Source: an uncultured Actinomycetota bacterium (GTDB lineage Bacteria > Actinomycetota > Actinomycetes > Propionibacteriales > Nocardioidaceae). Taken from it: 64,000 nt of DNA. The DNA lies in assembly GCA_963731985.1 (NCBI GenBank), contig CAVSYA010000012.1, positions 12,205 through 76,204 of the forward strand, given 5' to 3'. Below the pieces are notes generated by a model. It did not search any database and was not told the DNA's origin. It saw only the letters and a program-made list of their open reading frames with translations. This document shows positions 1-8,924 of the stretch, piece by piece. Numbering within the stretch: the first letter of the stretch is position 1; every line of letters starts with the position of its first letter. The position numbers were made by a program, and so were the translations under genes.

Positions 1-554
1 AGCAGGGCGGAAGTCCTGTTGATGGCGGCGACAAATGCACGCCTCGATGAGGACTTCTCCGCGGCACTCCACTCTGCGGAGGCAGCGGTTGCAGTCACCG
101 AGCGCCTGGTGGTTCGAGATCCCGACAGACTTGGACACCATGGTATGGCAACTCATGTCTATGGCTTGGCCGTGCACCAAGCTGGTCTCAGCTCTCACGC
201 GGCACGCGATGTCATAGCTTCAGCCGGCGCCATCTTCGTCCTGCTGCAAAGGACGACCCGCAAACTTGGACCCCCGAGTTTGCCCGGAATTTGGCTGTGA
301 TCGCGCTCCCAACTTCGGAGATCGGCGACGACCCGGATTGGGCGCGCCAACTCGCCCATCAGGCCGTCGGCGAAGCCATGGACTACGGGAAGCGTTGGCC
401 GGACGACAAAGGGTGGGACGAAGATGAGTCGAACGCTAACCTATTTCTTTTCGCCGTAGGAAACTATCTTCAGGTACTAAGAAATCTTGGCCAAGAGGAG
501 GAAGCGGCAAGCTTCGCGCAGGCCATGGGCATCGTCGATGACGATGAGCTTTGA
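1..554 (+). pseudogene. 3' part of a helical-repeat (TPR-like) cargo gene, split by an apparent frameshift near 248-250
   Basis: Frame 1 is open from base 1 to 300. Adding one A in CTGCAAAGGAC joins it to ...KDDPQTWTPEFARNLAVIALP... ending at 554. Lower GC than the core genes. Confidence 0.45.
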
Positions 555-879
555 TCTTTTACATGAATGAAATAGCTACTTTGGCAGCGCGGGTGCGGGC
601 CGTCGGTCCCGATTGGCAAAGCTCCTACGAGACGCGCCCCTGGGTTGCGGGGCGATGTTGGACGCCCGTCCCGTATGCCCTGTCCGGGTGGCGTCTCCGG
701 GAAGGGGGGCGGCCTGCGGGCCGGTTTCGCCAACGATCTCCACCTCCGCTGCCGACGCCTGCATCCTCCGACCGACCTCCGAGTCGTTGATCCCCGTTGA
801 CTATCGACGGCCCCCAGAATCCCCTACGAATACCTACCTGCCTGGTCTCTCAACCTCTCCATTCCAAGCGGCACGCATG

Positions 880-921
880 CTACGAAGGTCCGTAGATGGG
901 CCGCCCGAGGACGGGCGGCCC
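880..921. repeat. Two adjacent inverted repeats upstream of the relaxase (candidate oriT)
   Basis: CTACG-N6-CGTAG (880-895) and GGGCCGCCCG-AGGA-CGGGCGGCCC (898-921). Confidence 0.45.
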
Positions 922-970
922 ACGACGCATTTTCGGGCCTGTTGTTGGAAGTCGTGGGTGGTGGTGGGAC

Positions 971-3643
971 GTGCACGGTGGCGTGAAGATCTACCGCGGG
1001 AACGCCGCGGCCGCCCGCTCCTACGTCGAGGCCGACCACGGGCGCGTCGATGACTACTACCTCGCTGAGGGCTCTGGCCTGGCCGAGCGCCTCGTCGCGG
1101 GTTTCGACCCGCTCGACCAACGCACCTCGGTCGAGCGGGCCGACGCTCTCGATGGGGACGGCTACGAGGCCTGGGTCGCGGGGCTCGATCCGCTGAGCGG
1201 CGAGCCCCGCGGCCGGCTCCGCACCGACGCCAAGGCGGTCCGGTTCGCCGAGGTCGTCGTCAACGGTCCCAAGTCGTGGTCGCTCGCCGCCGCGCTCCAC
1301 CCGGAGGTGGCCGAGGCCTACGACGCGGCGATGGATCGAGCTGCCGTGCAGATCGTGGGGTGGCTGGCCGAGCACTCCACGACGCGGGTGGGTCCCCGGG
1401 GTCGGCAGGTGCAGGTGCCCGTCGAGCGGCTCGAGGCCGTGACGGTGCGGCACTACACCTCGCGGGCCGGTGACCCGCACCGGCATCTGCACCTCCAGGT
1501 CAACGCCCGGGTCTGGGCCGACGGCCGGTGGCGGGGTCTGCACACGCTCGGCATGCGCGACAGCATCGAGGCCATCAACGGCATCGGCCACGCCGCCGTC
1601 ATGACCGACCCGGAGTTCCGCGCCGCGCTCGCCGACCAGGGGTTCACCCTCGATCCCGAGACCGGCGAGATCGAGGAGCTGACCACCTACGTCGGGCCGT
1701 TCTCCGCGCGAGCGCGGCAGATCGGACGCAACGTCGACCGCTACGACGCCGCGTGGCGCGCCGAGCATCCCGGCCAGGAACCCGGTCCCGAGCTGCTGCG
1801 AGCCTGGGACCGGCGCGCCTGGGCCGAGGCCCGCCCCGACAAGGTGGTGCCGACCGACGGCGGCGAGCTGACGCATCGCTGGGTCGATGAGCTGCACCAC
1901 CTCGGCTACCGCGCCGTCCCGCGGCGCCGCCCGACACCGGGTGCGGTGAAGCCCGGTGAGCTGGATCGGCCGGCAGCGGTCGACACGGTGGTGTCGCGGC
2001 TGGGTGCGAAACGGTCGGGCTGGAACGCCGCGGACGTGCGTGGTGAGGTCGAGCAGCTGGTCGCCCGGTCGAACGTCGTCACCACCGCCGCGGTGCGACG
2101 GGAGCTGGCCGAGGACCTGACCGCCCGGGTGCTCGAGGTCTGCGTCCCGCTGCTGCCCCACGAGGTTCCCGAGCACATCCGGGCCCTCACCTCGGTGGAC
2201 GTGCTGCGGGTCGAGGCCGACATCACCCGCCGCCTTGCCGCCCGCGCCGCCCACCCGGGCCGCCCGGTGCCGATCACCGCGGGCCGCCTCGACGAGGCGC
2301 AGCAGGACGCGGTCGCCGCGCTGGCCGGCACCCACCGGCTCGTCGTGGTCGAGGGCGCGGCCGGGGCGGGCAAGACGGCGACGCTTGCCGGCACCCGGGC
2401 GGTGGTCGAGGAGCAGGGTCACCGCACGATGATCGTGACGCCGACGTTGAAGGCCGCCCAGGTCGCCGCAGGCGAGGTCGGGACGCAGGCCTTCTCCGCC
2501 GCCTGGCTGGCCCATCAGCACGGCTTCCGGTGGGACGAGCACGGCCACTGGACCCGGGAAGCCGCCACTCCCCGTCCCGAGGCCACCCTGCGCCCCGACG
2601 ACCTGCTGCTGGTCGACGAGGCGGGGATGCTCGACCAGGACACCGCTCGTGCCCTCCTGACGATCGCCGACGAGACCGGCGCACGCCTCGGGTTCATGGG
2701 CGACCGGCACCAGCTTCCCGCGGTCGGCCGAGGCGGCGTCCTCGACCTCGCGGCCCGCTGGGCCGACCCCACGGCCGTGGTCACCCTGGACCGGGTGCAC
2801 CGCTTCGCAGACCCGGCCTACGCCCAGCTGTCCCTGGCGATGCGCACCGGCGACGACCCCGCGGCGGTGTTCGACCAGCTGGTCCGGCGGGGCCAGATCA
2901 CGGTGCACGCCACCGAGCCCGAGCGCACCGAGGCGCTCGCCTCCGAGGCCGCCGAGTCCGGCGCTCTGGTCATCGCCGACACCCGCGAACAAGTGGCCGA
3001 CCTCAACGCCGCCATCCGCGACCGGCTCGTCTCCGCGGGCCGGGTCGACGATCGATGCGGGGTCCTCACCGACTCCGGCGAACGAATCGGCGCAGGCGAC
3101 CGGGTCGCCACCCGGCGCAACGACTACGAGCTGGGCGTCGCCAACCGTGACGCCTGGACCGTGGCTCTCGTCGAGCCCGACGGCCACCTCCACCTGACCA
3201 ACGCCTCCACCGAGCGTGTGGTCGACCCCGCCTACGCCCGGCGGCACGTCGAGCACGCCTACGCCACCACCGTCTACGGCGCCCAGGGCGACACCGTTCC
3301 CGAGGCCCATCTCGCGATGGGCGAGCACACCGGAGCAGCATCGGCCTACGTCGGCATGACTCGCGGACGCGAGCACAACACGGCCCATCTGGTCGCCGAG
3401 AGCCTCGACGATGCCCGCCGCCTCTGGCTCGAGGCGTTCAGCCGGGACCGCGCCGACCTCGGGCCCGCCCACGCCGCCCGGCTCGCCGCCACGGAGTCCG
3501 CCAAGTACGACGGCGCCAGCCGCGTCGAGCGCGGCCGCCCTGTCCCCCGGAAGCGACCGCTCAGACCGGCCAGGGTCCCGGCGACCGCCTCATCGCCCGC
3601 CCCGGCTCCAGAGCATGGGCGCCATCCCGGAATCGGCTTCTAG
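971..3643 (+). CDS. mobF: MobF (TrwC-like) relaxase fused to a RecD-like SF1 helicase
   Basis: Start MHGGVKIYRG; DDYY tyrosines; PKSWS; HUH motif HYTSRAGDPHRHLH; Walker A GAAGAGKT; Walker B LLVDEAG; YATTVYGAQG; YVGMTRGR. Confidence 0.93.
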   Translation: MHGGVKIYRGNAAAARSYVEADHGRVDDYYLAEGSGLAERLVAGFDPLDQRTSVERADALDGDGYEAWVAGLDPLSGEPRGRLRTDAKAVRFAEVVVNGPKSWSLAAALHPEVAEAYDAAMDRAAVQIVGWLAEHSTTRVGPRGRQVQVPVERLEAVTVRHYTSRAGDPHRHLHLQVNARVWADGRWRGLHTLGMRDSIEAINGIGHAAVMTDPEFRAALADQGFTLDPETGEIEELTTYVGPFSARARQIGRNVDRYDAAWRAEHPGQEPGPELLRAWDRRAWAEARPDKVVPTDGGELTHRWVDELHHLGYRAVPRRRPTPGAVKPGELDRPAAVDTVVSRLGAKRSGWNAADVRGEVEQLVARSNVVTTAAVRRELAEDLTARVLEVCVPLLPHEVPEHIRALTSVDVLRVEADITRRLAARAAHPGRPVPITAGRLDEAQQDAVAALAGTHRLVVVEGAAGAGKTATLAGTRAVVEEQGHRTMIVTPTLKAAQVAAGEVGTQAFSAAWLAHQHGFRWDEHGHWTREAATPRPEATLRPDDLLLVDEAGMLDQDTARALLTIADETGARLGFMGDRHQLPAVGRGGVLDLAARWADPTAVVTLDRVHRFADPAYAQLSLAMRTGDDPAAVFDQLVRRGQITVHATEPERTEALASEAAESGALVIADTREQVADLNAAIRDRLVSAGRVDDRCGVLTDSGERIGAGDRVATRRNDYELGVANRDAWTVALVEPDGHLHLTNASTERVVDPAYARRHVEHAYATTVYGAQGDTVPEAHLAMGEHTGAASAYVGMTRGREHNTAHLVAESLDDARRLWLEAFSRDRADLGPAHAARLAATESAKYDGASRVERGRPVPRKRPLRPARVPATASSPAPAPEHGRHPGIGF

Positions 3644-3645
3644 CG

Positions 3646-4008
3646 TTACTCGGCTCCCGCGTCCAGGACCGCCCGAGCCTCGTCGATCAGCGCGGAGAGC
3701 GAGGCGTGCCACGCGGGCAGGTCGACCGACAGGGTCACCCACGTCAGCTCGCGGTTGATCTCGTCGTACTGGTGAATGATGAAGTTCCGGTTGGCGACCG
3801 CGAGGGCCCACTCGACGCCCTCGGGCGCCAGGACTCCCAGTCGCGACAACCGGTTGGCGGCCTCGCCGAGCTTCATCATCAGCGAGTCGCCGGCCTCCTG
3901 AAGGAGCCCATCGACAAGGTATGCGTCCTTGCCGCGGGTCACGACTTCGTCGACGCGGAGGAGCCAACCCTCGACGTGCAGCATTTCCTTGGCGGCCTTG
4001 CGGTCCAT
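3646..4008 (-). CDS. HEPN (DUF86/HepT-like) RNase toxin
   Basis: RNFIIHQY matches R-x4-H-x-Y; 120 aa; overlaps the MNT stop codon. Confidence 0.85.
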   Translation of the reverse strand: MDRKAAKEMLHVEGWLLRVDEVVTRGKDAYLVDGLLQEAGDSLMMKLGEAANRLSRLGVLAPEGVEWALAVANRNFIIHQYDEINRELTWVTLSVDLPAWHASLSALIDEARAVLDAGAE

Positions 4009-4481
4009 CAGAGCAACACCGCCTCACGCCGAATGTCGTCGTCCAGGGTGGGCTTGAGCCCGCCATAGTCCACCAGGTCGATCTCGCGACCCAGGACCTG
4101 CTCGATCAGCCGCTTGAACCGGACGAACTCGAAGGAGGACGTGCCCTCGGGAGCCTCGACCAGCAGATCGATGTCGGAGTCAGGACGAGCCTGTTGGCGG
4201 GCGACGGACCCGAACACGGCCAACCTCTGGTAGCCGCGCTCCTCGGACATCGCCTTGAGGACGGGCGCCGCCGCTTGGATCAGGACTCCGGGATGCACGA
4301 CATCGAGGTCCGGCGCGAACCTCAGCTGCTGGCTGACCGCCGGTTGCGAGACGCCCAGCGCTTCGGCGATCTGCCGCTGGCTCATGCCGGTGGCCACCAT
4401 CGCGCGCAGGGCGATGGTGCGACGCAGGCGCGCCAGATCCTCGTCGCGGCGCGCATCGCGATACTCGGCCAGCAGGGGCAT
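4008..4481 (-). CDS. HTH-fused minimal nucleotidyltransferase (MntA-like antitoxin)
   Basis: N-terminal HTH SQRQIAEALGVSQPAVSQ; GS-x10-DxD in GSVARQQARPDSDID. Confidence 0.88.
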   Translation of the reverse strand: MPLLAEYRDARRDEDLARLRRTIALRAMVATGMSQRQIAEALGVSQPAVSQQLRFAPDLDVVHPGVLIQAAAPVLKAMSEERGYQRLAVFGSVARQQARPDSDIDLLVEAPEGTSSFEFVRFKRLIEQVLGREIDLVDYGGLKPTLDDDIRREAVLL

Positions 4482-4494
4482 AAGATGATCTTAT
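4480..4494 (-). promoter_or_regulatory. Palindromic operator over a leaderless promoter of the TA operon
   Basis: ATAAGAT-G-ATCTTAT; on the minus strand TAAGAT (-10 like), 6 nt, then ATG. Confidence 0.65.
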
Positions 4495-4678
4495 CAGCCT
4501 CTAGGGCCACTGCGCCCGTCCTCCGTGGCGCGACCACAGGATCGGCCCCGGTGAACTGTCACCGATCTCCCGAGACATCACAGGCCCGCCTGGAGGACCC
4601 GAGCAAGGGGTCTCGCCGAAAATTCTTCAACTTTCGGAGGGGCGCACGCTGACCTGCACCAACGCCCCCACCGGCGCT

Positions 4679-4724
4679 CCGCCCGTCCTCGAAATCGGCG
4701 GGACGGGCGGCCTCAGGACGGGCG
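4679..4724. repeat. Inverted repeat plus a direct copy of GGACGGGCG upstream of xis
   Basis: CCGCCCGTCC (4679-4688), GGACGGGCGG (4701-4710), GGACGGGCG (4716-4724). Confidence 0.6.
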
Positions 4725-4858
4725 AAAATTGGTGCGCTGGCTGAGGACACTCGAAGGTGGCCATCGATGAGCGCGCGGAGTCGCTCGCACACCTGGTGGA
4801 GGAGCAACGGAATCCGCCGACCCGTCCACGGGCCGGCCACACCCCAGGGAGAACCACC

Positions 4859-5092
4859 ATGAGCAACGCCTACCGGGCCGAGGAGCCCGACCTTCCGCAC
4901 GCAGCAGACGAGCTGATGACCATGAAGGAGGTCGCCGCGCTCGTCCGCGTCCCCGAGGCGACGCTGCGCTACTGGCGCCACCTCGGCGCCGGCCCCCGCA
5001 GCTTCAAGATCGGCCGCCACGTCCGCTACTGGCGCGCCGACCTCACCCTCTGGCTCGCCGAGCAGACCAACCGTCCCCACGACCGGGGCTGA
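4859..5092 (+). CDS. Excisionase-like HTH protein
   Basis: LMTMKEVAALVRVPEATLRYWRH..GPRSFKIGRHVRY; AGGGAG SD; immediately upstream of int. Confidence 0.85.
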   Translation: MSNAYRAEEPDLPHAADELMTMKEVAALVRVPEATLRYWRHLGAGPRSFKIGRHVRYWRADLTLWLAEQTNRPHDRG

Positions 5093-5130
5093 GCGGCGAC
5101 AGCCGGCCGACGCGAGAGGCAGGATGGACC

Positions 5131-6066
5131 ATGGCCAGCATCGAGAAGCGCGTCCGGGACGGGCAGACCTCGTGGCGGGCGCACTACCGCACCCCGGCGG
5201 GCGCGCAGCGGAACAAGACGTTCGCCCGCAAGATCGACGCGGAGAGGTTCCTCGCCGGCGTCGAGAGCGCCAAGGTCGTCGGGACGTACGTCGACCCCGC
5301 GCTCGCGCGGGTGACCGTCGGCGTGTGGGCGCAACGCTGGCTGGAGGGACAGGCACATCTCAAGCCCACCACCCGGTCGCGCTACGAGGGGGTGCTGCGC
5401 ACGCACATCCACGCGAAGTGGGACGGGGTCAGGCTCGCCGACGTCTCCCACAGCGACGTCCAGGCATGGGTGAGCGAGCTGGCGAGGAGCCACTCCCCCG
5501 CCAGCGTCCACAAGATCCATCGGATCCTCAGCCTGGTCCTCGACATGGCGGTCAAGGACGGCCGACTCGCCCGCAACGTGGCCAACGGGGTGAACCTCCC
5601 GCGCGTCGGCAGGCACGAGCACCGCTACCTGACCCATGACCAGGTCGACGACCTGGCCACCGCGACCGGCTACCCGGCCGATCCGAGCAGGCACAGCAGC
5701 CTCGACACCCGGGTCAACGGGACGTACCGACTGGTCGTGCTCTTCCTCGCCTACACCGGGGTCCGGTTCGGCGAGATGGCTGCCCTGCGGGTGGGCCGGC
5801 TCGACCTGCGCCGCAGCCGCGCCGTCATCGTCAAGTCCGTCACGCCGGTGCAGGGCTAGGGGCTGGGGGGCGACACCAAGACCCACCAGCGCCGCGAGGT
5901 GCCGATCCCTCGGTTCCTCACCGCCGAGCTTGCCGGGCACATCGACGGCAAGCAGCCGGACGACCTGGTCTTCGCAGGCATCCGGAACGGCCAGCCGCTG
6001 CGCGTCAGCACCTTCCGGACCGCGTTCAGCGCGGCGGCGAGCACAATCGGCGTCCCCGACCTGTTG
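5131..6066 (+). pseudogene. Tyrosine integrase with an in-frame TAG (5857-5859) and a missing C-terminus
   Basis: MASIEKR start; LAYTGVRFGE (catalytic Arg); the frame continues past the stop as TKTHQRREVPIP...GVPDL and then runs into the antisense tRNA; no HxxR or Tyr motifs. Confidence 0.88.
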
Positions 6067-6068
6067 CG

Positions 6069-6141
6069 TACCCCCGACCGGATTCGAACCGGCGCTACCG
6101 CCTTGAGAGGGCGGCGTGCTAGGCCGCTACACAACGGGGGC
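6069..6141 (-). tRNA. tRNA-Glu (CTC)
   Basis: GCCCCCG...CCGCC-CTCTCAA-GGCGG...GGTTCGAATCC...CGGGGGTA cloverleaf; CCA not encoded. Confidence 0.97.
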
Positions 6142-6213
6142 CTTGCCGTCCCGATGAGCCTGGAGGGCCCCATGAACAGCGAACGAAAGCCTAGCGAAGC
6201 TGGGTTCTCGCAC

Positions 6214-6239
6214 AAAATCGCGGTCCGCCGGACCGCGAT
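6214..6239 (-). terminator. Hairpin plus short T run between the two tRNAs (terminator or processing stem)
   Basis: ATCGCGGTCC-N3-GGACCGCGAT followed by TTT on the minus strand. Confidence 0.4.
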
Positions 6240-6243
6240 CTCG

Positions 6244-6315
6244 CTGGGATACCAGGACTCGAACCTAGACTAACTGAACCAGAATCAGTCGTGCTGCCAA
6301 TTACACCATATCCCA
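6244..6315 (-). tRNA. tRNA-Gln (CTG)
   Basis: TGGGATA...ACTGA-TTCTGGT-TCAGT...GGTTCGAGTCC...TATCCCAG. Confidence 0.97.
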
Positions 6316-6328
6316 ATGGCTCGGCCCC

Positions 6329-7375
6329 TCACGCAGACGCGTGCGGGACCGGGACGGAACGATACACGCGCCCTCTCGACGCGATCAAAGCGGCGGGAGC
6401 CGCACGGCGCGAGAGGCCCATCGCGCGGGCCGCCCACAGCGCGAGGCCGAGGTAGACCAGCGACTGCGTGAGCGTCCCGGGAATCATCCACCAGCTGCCC
6501 TCGCCCGGGTTCATGGCCGAGCTGAGGTCGCCGAAGGCCACGGCCAGGCTGAAGGCGAGCCAGTTGTTCAGCACGTGCATGGCGATGGCCGCCTCGAGCC
6601 CCCCGGTCGCGATCACGAGCACGCCGGCGACGATGCCGAAGGCGAAGCGGTCGAAGAAGATCGGCACGCTCTGTCCGAGACCGTGCGCCATCGCGAAGAG
6701 CAGCGCGGGCACGATCACGGCCGCCACGCGCCCGGCCACACCGCCGAGCATCCCGCCGACGACCTGGGTGAGGTAGCCGCGGAAGCCGTACTCCTCGCCG
6801 GCGGCCTGCAGCGGCGTGAGCAGCAGGATCACGAGCAGGAAGTCGCGCGAGCGCGTGGTGAACGCGTTGGTCTCGCCGCTGAGCTCGGCGGCGGAGGACC
6901 CGGACGGCAGGACCGCGGCCACCATCACCATCGCGATCAGGGCCACGAAGGCGAGACCGAAGCAGACGCCGGCGTAACGCCAGCGCATCCGGGGGGCCAC
7001 CGAGGTCAGCCAGCCGGGCTTGAGCCCGTGCAGCCACCGGTTCACGAGCCATGCGGCCGGGATCAGCGAGGCCAGCGCGAGGTTGACGTAGGCCAACCCG
7101 GCCGGCGAGAGGTCGGAAAGGTCGAGCAGCGTCGCGAGCGACTCGCCTACCGGCGCGCCCGTGGCGGCGTAGTAGACGACGAACGGCACGAGCCACAGCA
7201 GCGGCCCCACGAGGATCATCGCCGTGACCATCAGCAGGAGGCCGAGCACCGGTCTCCACCATCCACGCTCACCGGCGCGGTGGAGCTCGTGGTAGGCCAG
7301 CGGCGGGTACAGGTCCGGGGGCGGTCCGGCGTCGGCTCCAGAGGATGCAGGCGGCGGGCTCGTGTCGACCGTCAT
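6329..7375 (-). CDS. CPBP (CAAX/Abi) intramembrane metalloprotease
   Basis: Multi-TM; EEYGFRG, FAMAH and HVLNN motifs. Confidence 0.88.
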   Translation of the reverse strand: MTVDTSPPPASSGADAGPPPDLYPPLAYHELHRAGERGWWRPVLGLLLMVTAMILVGPLLWLVPFVVYYAATGAPVGESLATLLDLSDLSPAGLAYVNLALASLIPAAWLVNRWLHGLKPGWLTSVAPRMRWRYAGVCFGLAFVALIAMVMVAAVLPSGSSAAELSGETNAFTTRSRDFLLVILLLTPLQAAGEEYGFRGYLTQVVGGMLGGVAGRVAAVIVPALLFAMAHGLGQSVPIFFDRFAFGIVAGVLVIATGGLEAAIAMHVLNNWLAFSLAVAFGDLSSAMNPGEGSWWMIPGTLTQSLVYLGLALWAARAMGLSRRAAPAALIASRGRVYRSVPVPHASA

Positions 7376-7427
7376 GCCTCCATGATGACCGGCGACCCCA
7401 GCCGGGGCCGCGGATCCGGCCGACCGG

Positions 7428-8924
7428 TCACTCAAGCGACGAGGCGAGCCGCCCCAACGAGCGCTCGCGCCCCAGCAGCTCCAGGGACTCGAAGAGGGGC
7501 GGCGAGACGCGGCGACCCGTCACGGCCACGCGCACCGGCCCGAACGCGTTGCGCGGCTTGAGCCCGATCTCGTCGACCAGCCGCTCCCTCAGGGCCGCCT
7601 CGATCTCCTCCGTGCCCCACTCCGGCAGCCCGGCGAGCGCCTCGTGCGCGCCGCGCACCACCGCGAGGCCGTCCTCGGTGAGCACCTTCTCGACGTCCGC
7701 CTCGTCGCGAACGAACGACGCCTCCGCGACGAAGAGGAAGTCGAGCATCGCCGGGGCCTCCGTGAGCTTGTTGATCCGCTCGGCCACCAGCGGCATGGCC
7801 CGATCCAGCAGCGCCAGCTCGCCCTCGGTGGGCGGCGTGGAGAGCGAGCCGGAGGCCTGCAGCAGCGGCACCACCCGCGCCGAGAGGTCCTCGGGTGTCA
7901 GCATCCTCAGGTGGTCGGCGTTGATCGCCTCGGCCTTCTTGAGGTCGAAGCGCGCCGGCTGGGGGTTCACCTGGGCGATCTCGAAGGCGTCGACCATCTC
8001 CTCGAGCGTGAAGACGTCGCGATCGGCCGAGATCGCCCACCCGAGCAGGGCGAGGTAGTTCAGCAGGCCCTCGGGCAGGAAGCCGTCGTCACGGTAGGCG
8101 AAGAGGTGCGCCTGCGGGTCACGCTTGGAGAGCTTCTTGTTGCCCTCGCCCATGATCAGCGGCAGGTGCCCGAACTCCGGGACCGCGTCGGAGAGGCCCA
8201 GCTCGACCAGCGCGCGGTGCAGCGGGATCTGCCGGGGGGTGCTGGAGAGCAGGTCCTCGCCGCGCAGGACGTGGGTGATCCGCATCAGCGCGTCGTCGAC
8301 CGGGTTGACCAGCGTGTAGAGCGGGTCGCCGTTCGCGCGGCACAGGGCGAAGTCGGGCACATGCTGGGTGTTGAAGGTGACCTCGCCGCGGACCAGGTCG
8401 GTCCAGGTGACCTCGCCGTCGGGCATCCGGAAGCGCACGATGCTGCGCCGACCCTCGGCCTCGAAGGCGGCGCGCTGGTCGTCGCTGAGATCACGGCAGA
8501 AGCCGTCGTAGCCCTGCAGCTTCGACCCTCTGGCCCGGCGGCGCGCGTCGACCTCCTCGGTGCGGCAGAAGCAGTCGTAGGTGGCCGATGACGCGGCCAG
8601 CCGCTCGAGCACGTCGCGGTAGACCTCGGTGCGCTCGGACTGGCGGTACGGCCCGTGCGGCCCCCCGACCTCCGGGCCCTCGTCCCAGTCCAGGCCCAGC
8701 CAGCGCATGGCGTCGAGCATCCCGTCGTACGACTCCTGCGTGGAGCGCTCCCGGTCGGTGTCCTCGATGCGGAAGACGAAGGCGGCCTCGGCGCCATGCC
8801 GCGCGGCGTGCCGCGCGAAGACCCAGTTGTAGAGCGCGGCGCGTGCGAAGCCGACGTGCGGCGAGCCCGTCGGGGACGGGCAGAAGCGGACGCGGACGCC
8901 TGGCGCGGTCGGGGTGCTCGTCAT
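7428..8924 (-). CDS. gltX: Glutamate--tRNA ligase
   Basis: RFCPSPTG-HVG, RIEDTD, LRGED, KLSKR. Confidence 0.97.
   Translation of the reverse strand: MTSTPTAPGVRVRFCPSPTGSPHVGFARAALYNWVFARHAARHGAEAAFVFRIEDTDRERSTQESYDGMLDAMRWLGLDWDEGPEVGGPHGPYRQSERTEVYRDVLERLAASSATYDCFCRTEEVDARRRARGSKLQGYDGFCRDLSDDQRAAFEAEGRRSIVRFRMPDGEVTWTDLVRGEVTFNTQHVPDFALCRANGDPLYTLVNPVDDALMRITHVLRGEDLLSSTPRQIPLHRALVELGLSDAVPEFGHLPLIMGEGNKKLSKRDPQAHLFAYRDDGFLPEGLLNYLALLGWAISADRDVFTLEEMVDAFEIAQVNPQPARFDLKKAEAINADHLRMLTPEDLSARVVPLLQASGSLSTPPTEGELALLDRAMPLVAERINKLTEAPAMLDFLFVAEASFVRDEADVEKVLTEDGLAVVRGAHEALAGLPEWGTEEIEAALRERLVDEIGLKPRNAFGPVRVAVTGRRVSPPLFESLELLGRERSLGRLASSLE

Larger units (their letters stand above)
1..6068. 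mobile_element. Decayed integrative mobilisable element at the tRNA-Glu 3' end; left boundary outside the window
   Basis: Relaxase, TA pair, xis and int cluster ending at the tRNA 3' end. Confidence 0.8.

Noticed and set aside
824-3472. 882-aa antisense ORF, and other long shadow ORFs such as 16019-18595, 30104-32893, 35717-38377, 40940-43726 and 57424-59967
   Set aside because: They lie opposite well-supported genes; stop-codon scarcity in high-GC DNA explains them and they show no motifs.
5857-5859. In-frame TAG in int as recoding or readthrough
   Set aside because: No supporting machinery seen, and the gene also lacks its catalytic C-terminus, so decay is simpler.
5856-6273. ORFs spanning the tRNAs (5856-6215, 5899-6273)
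   Set aside because: They are translations of tRNA sequence and the int remnant.
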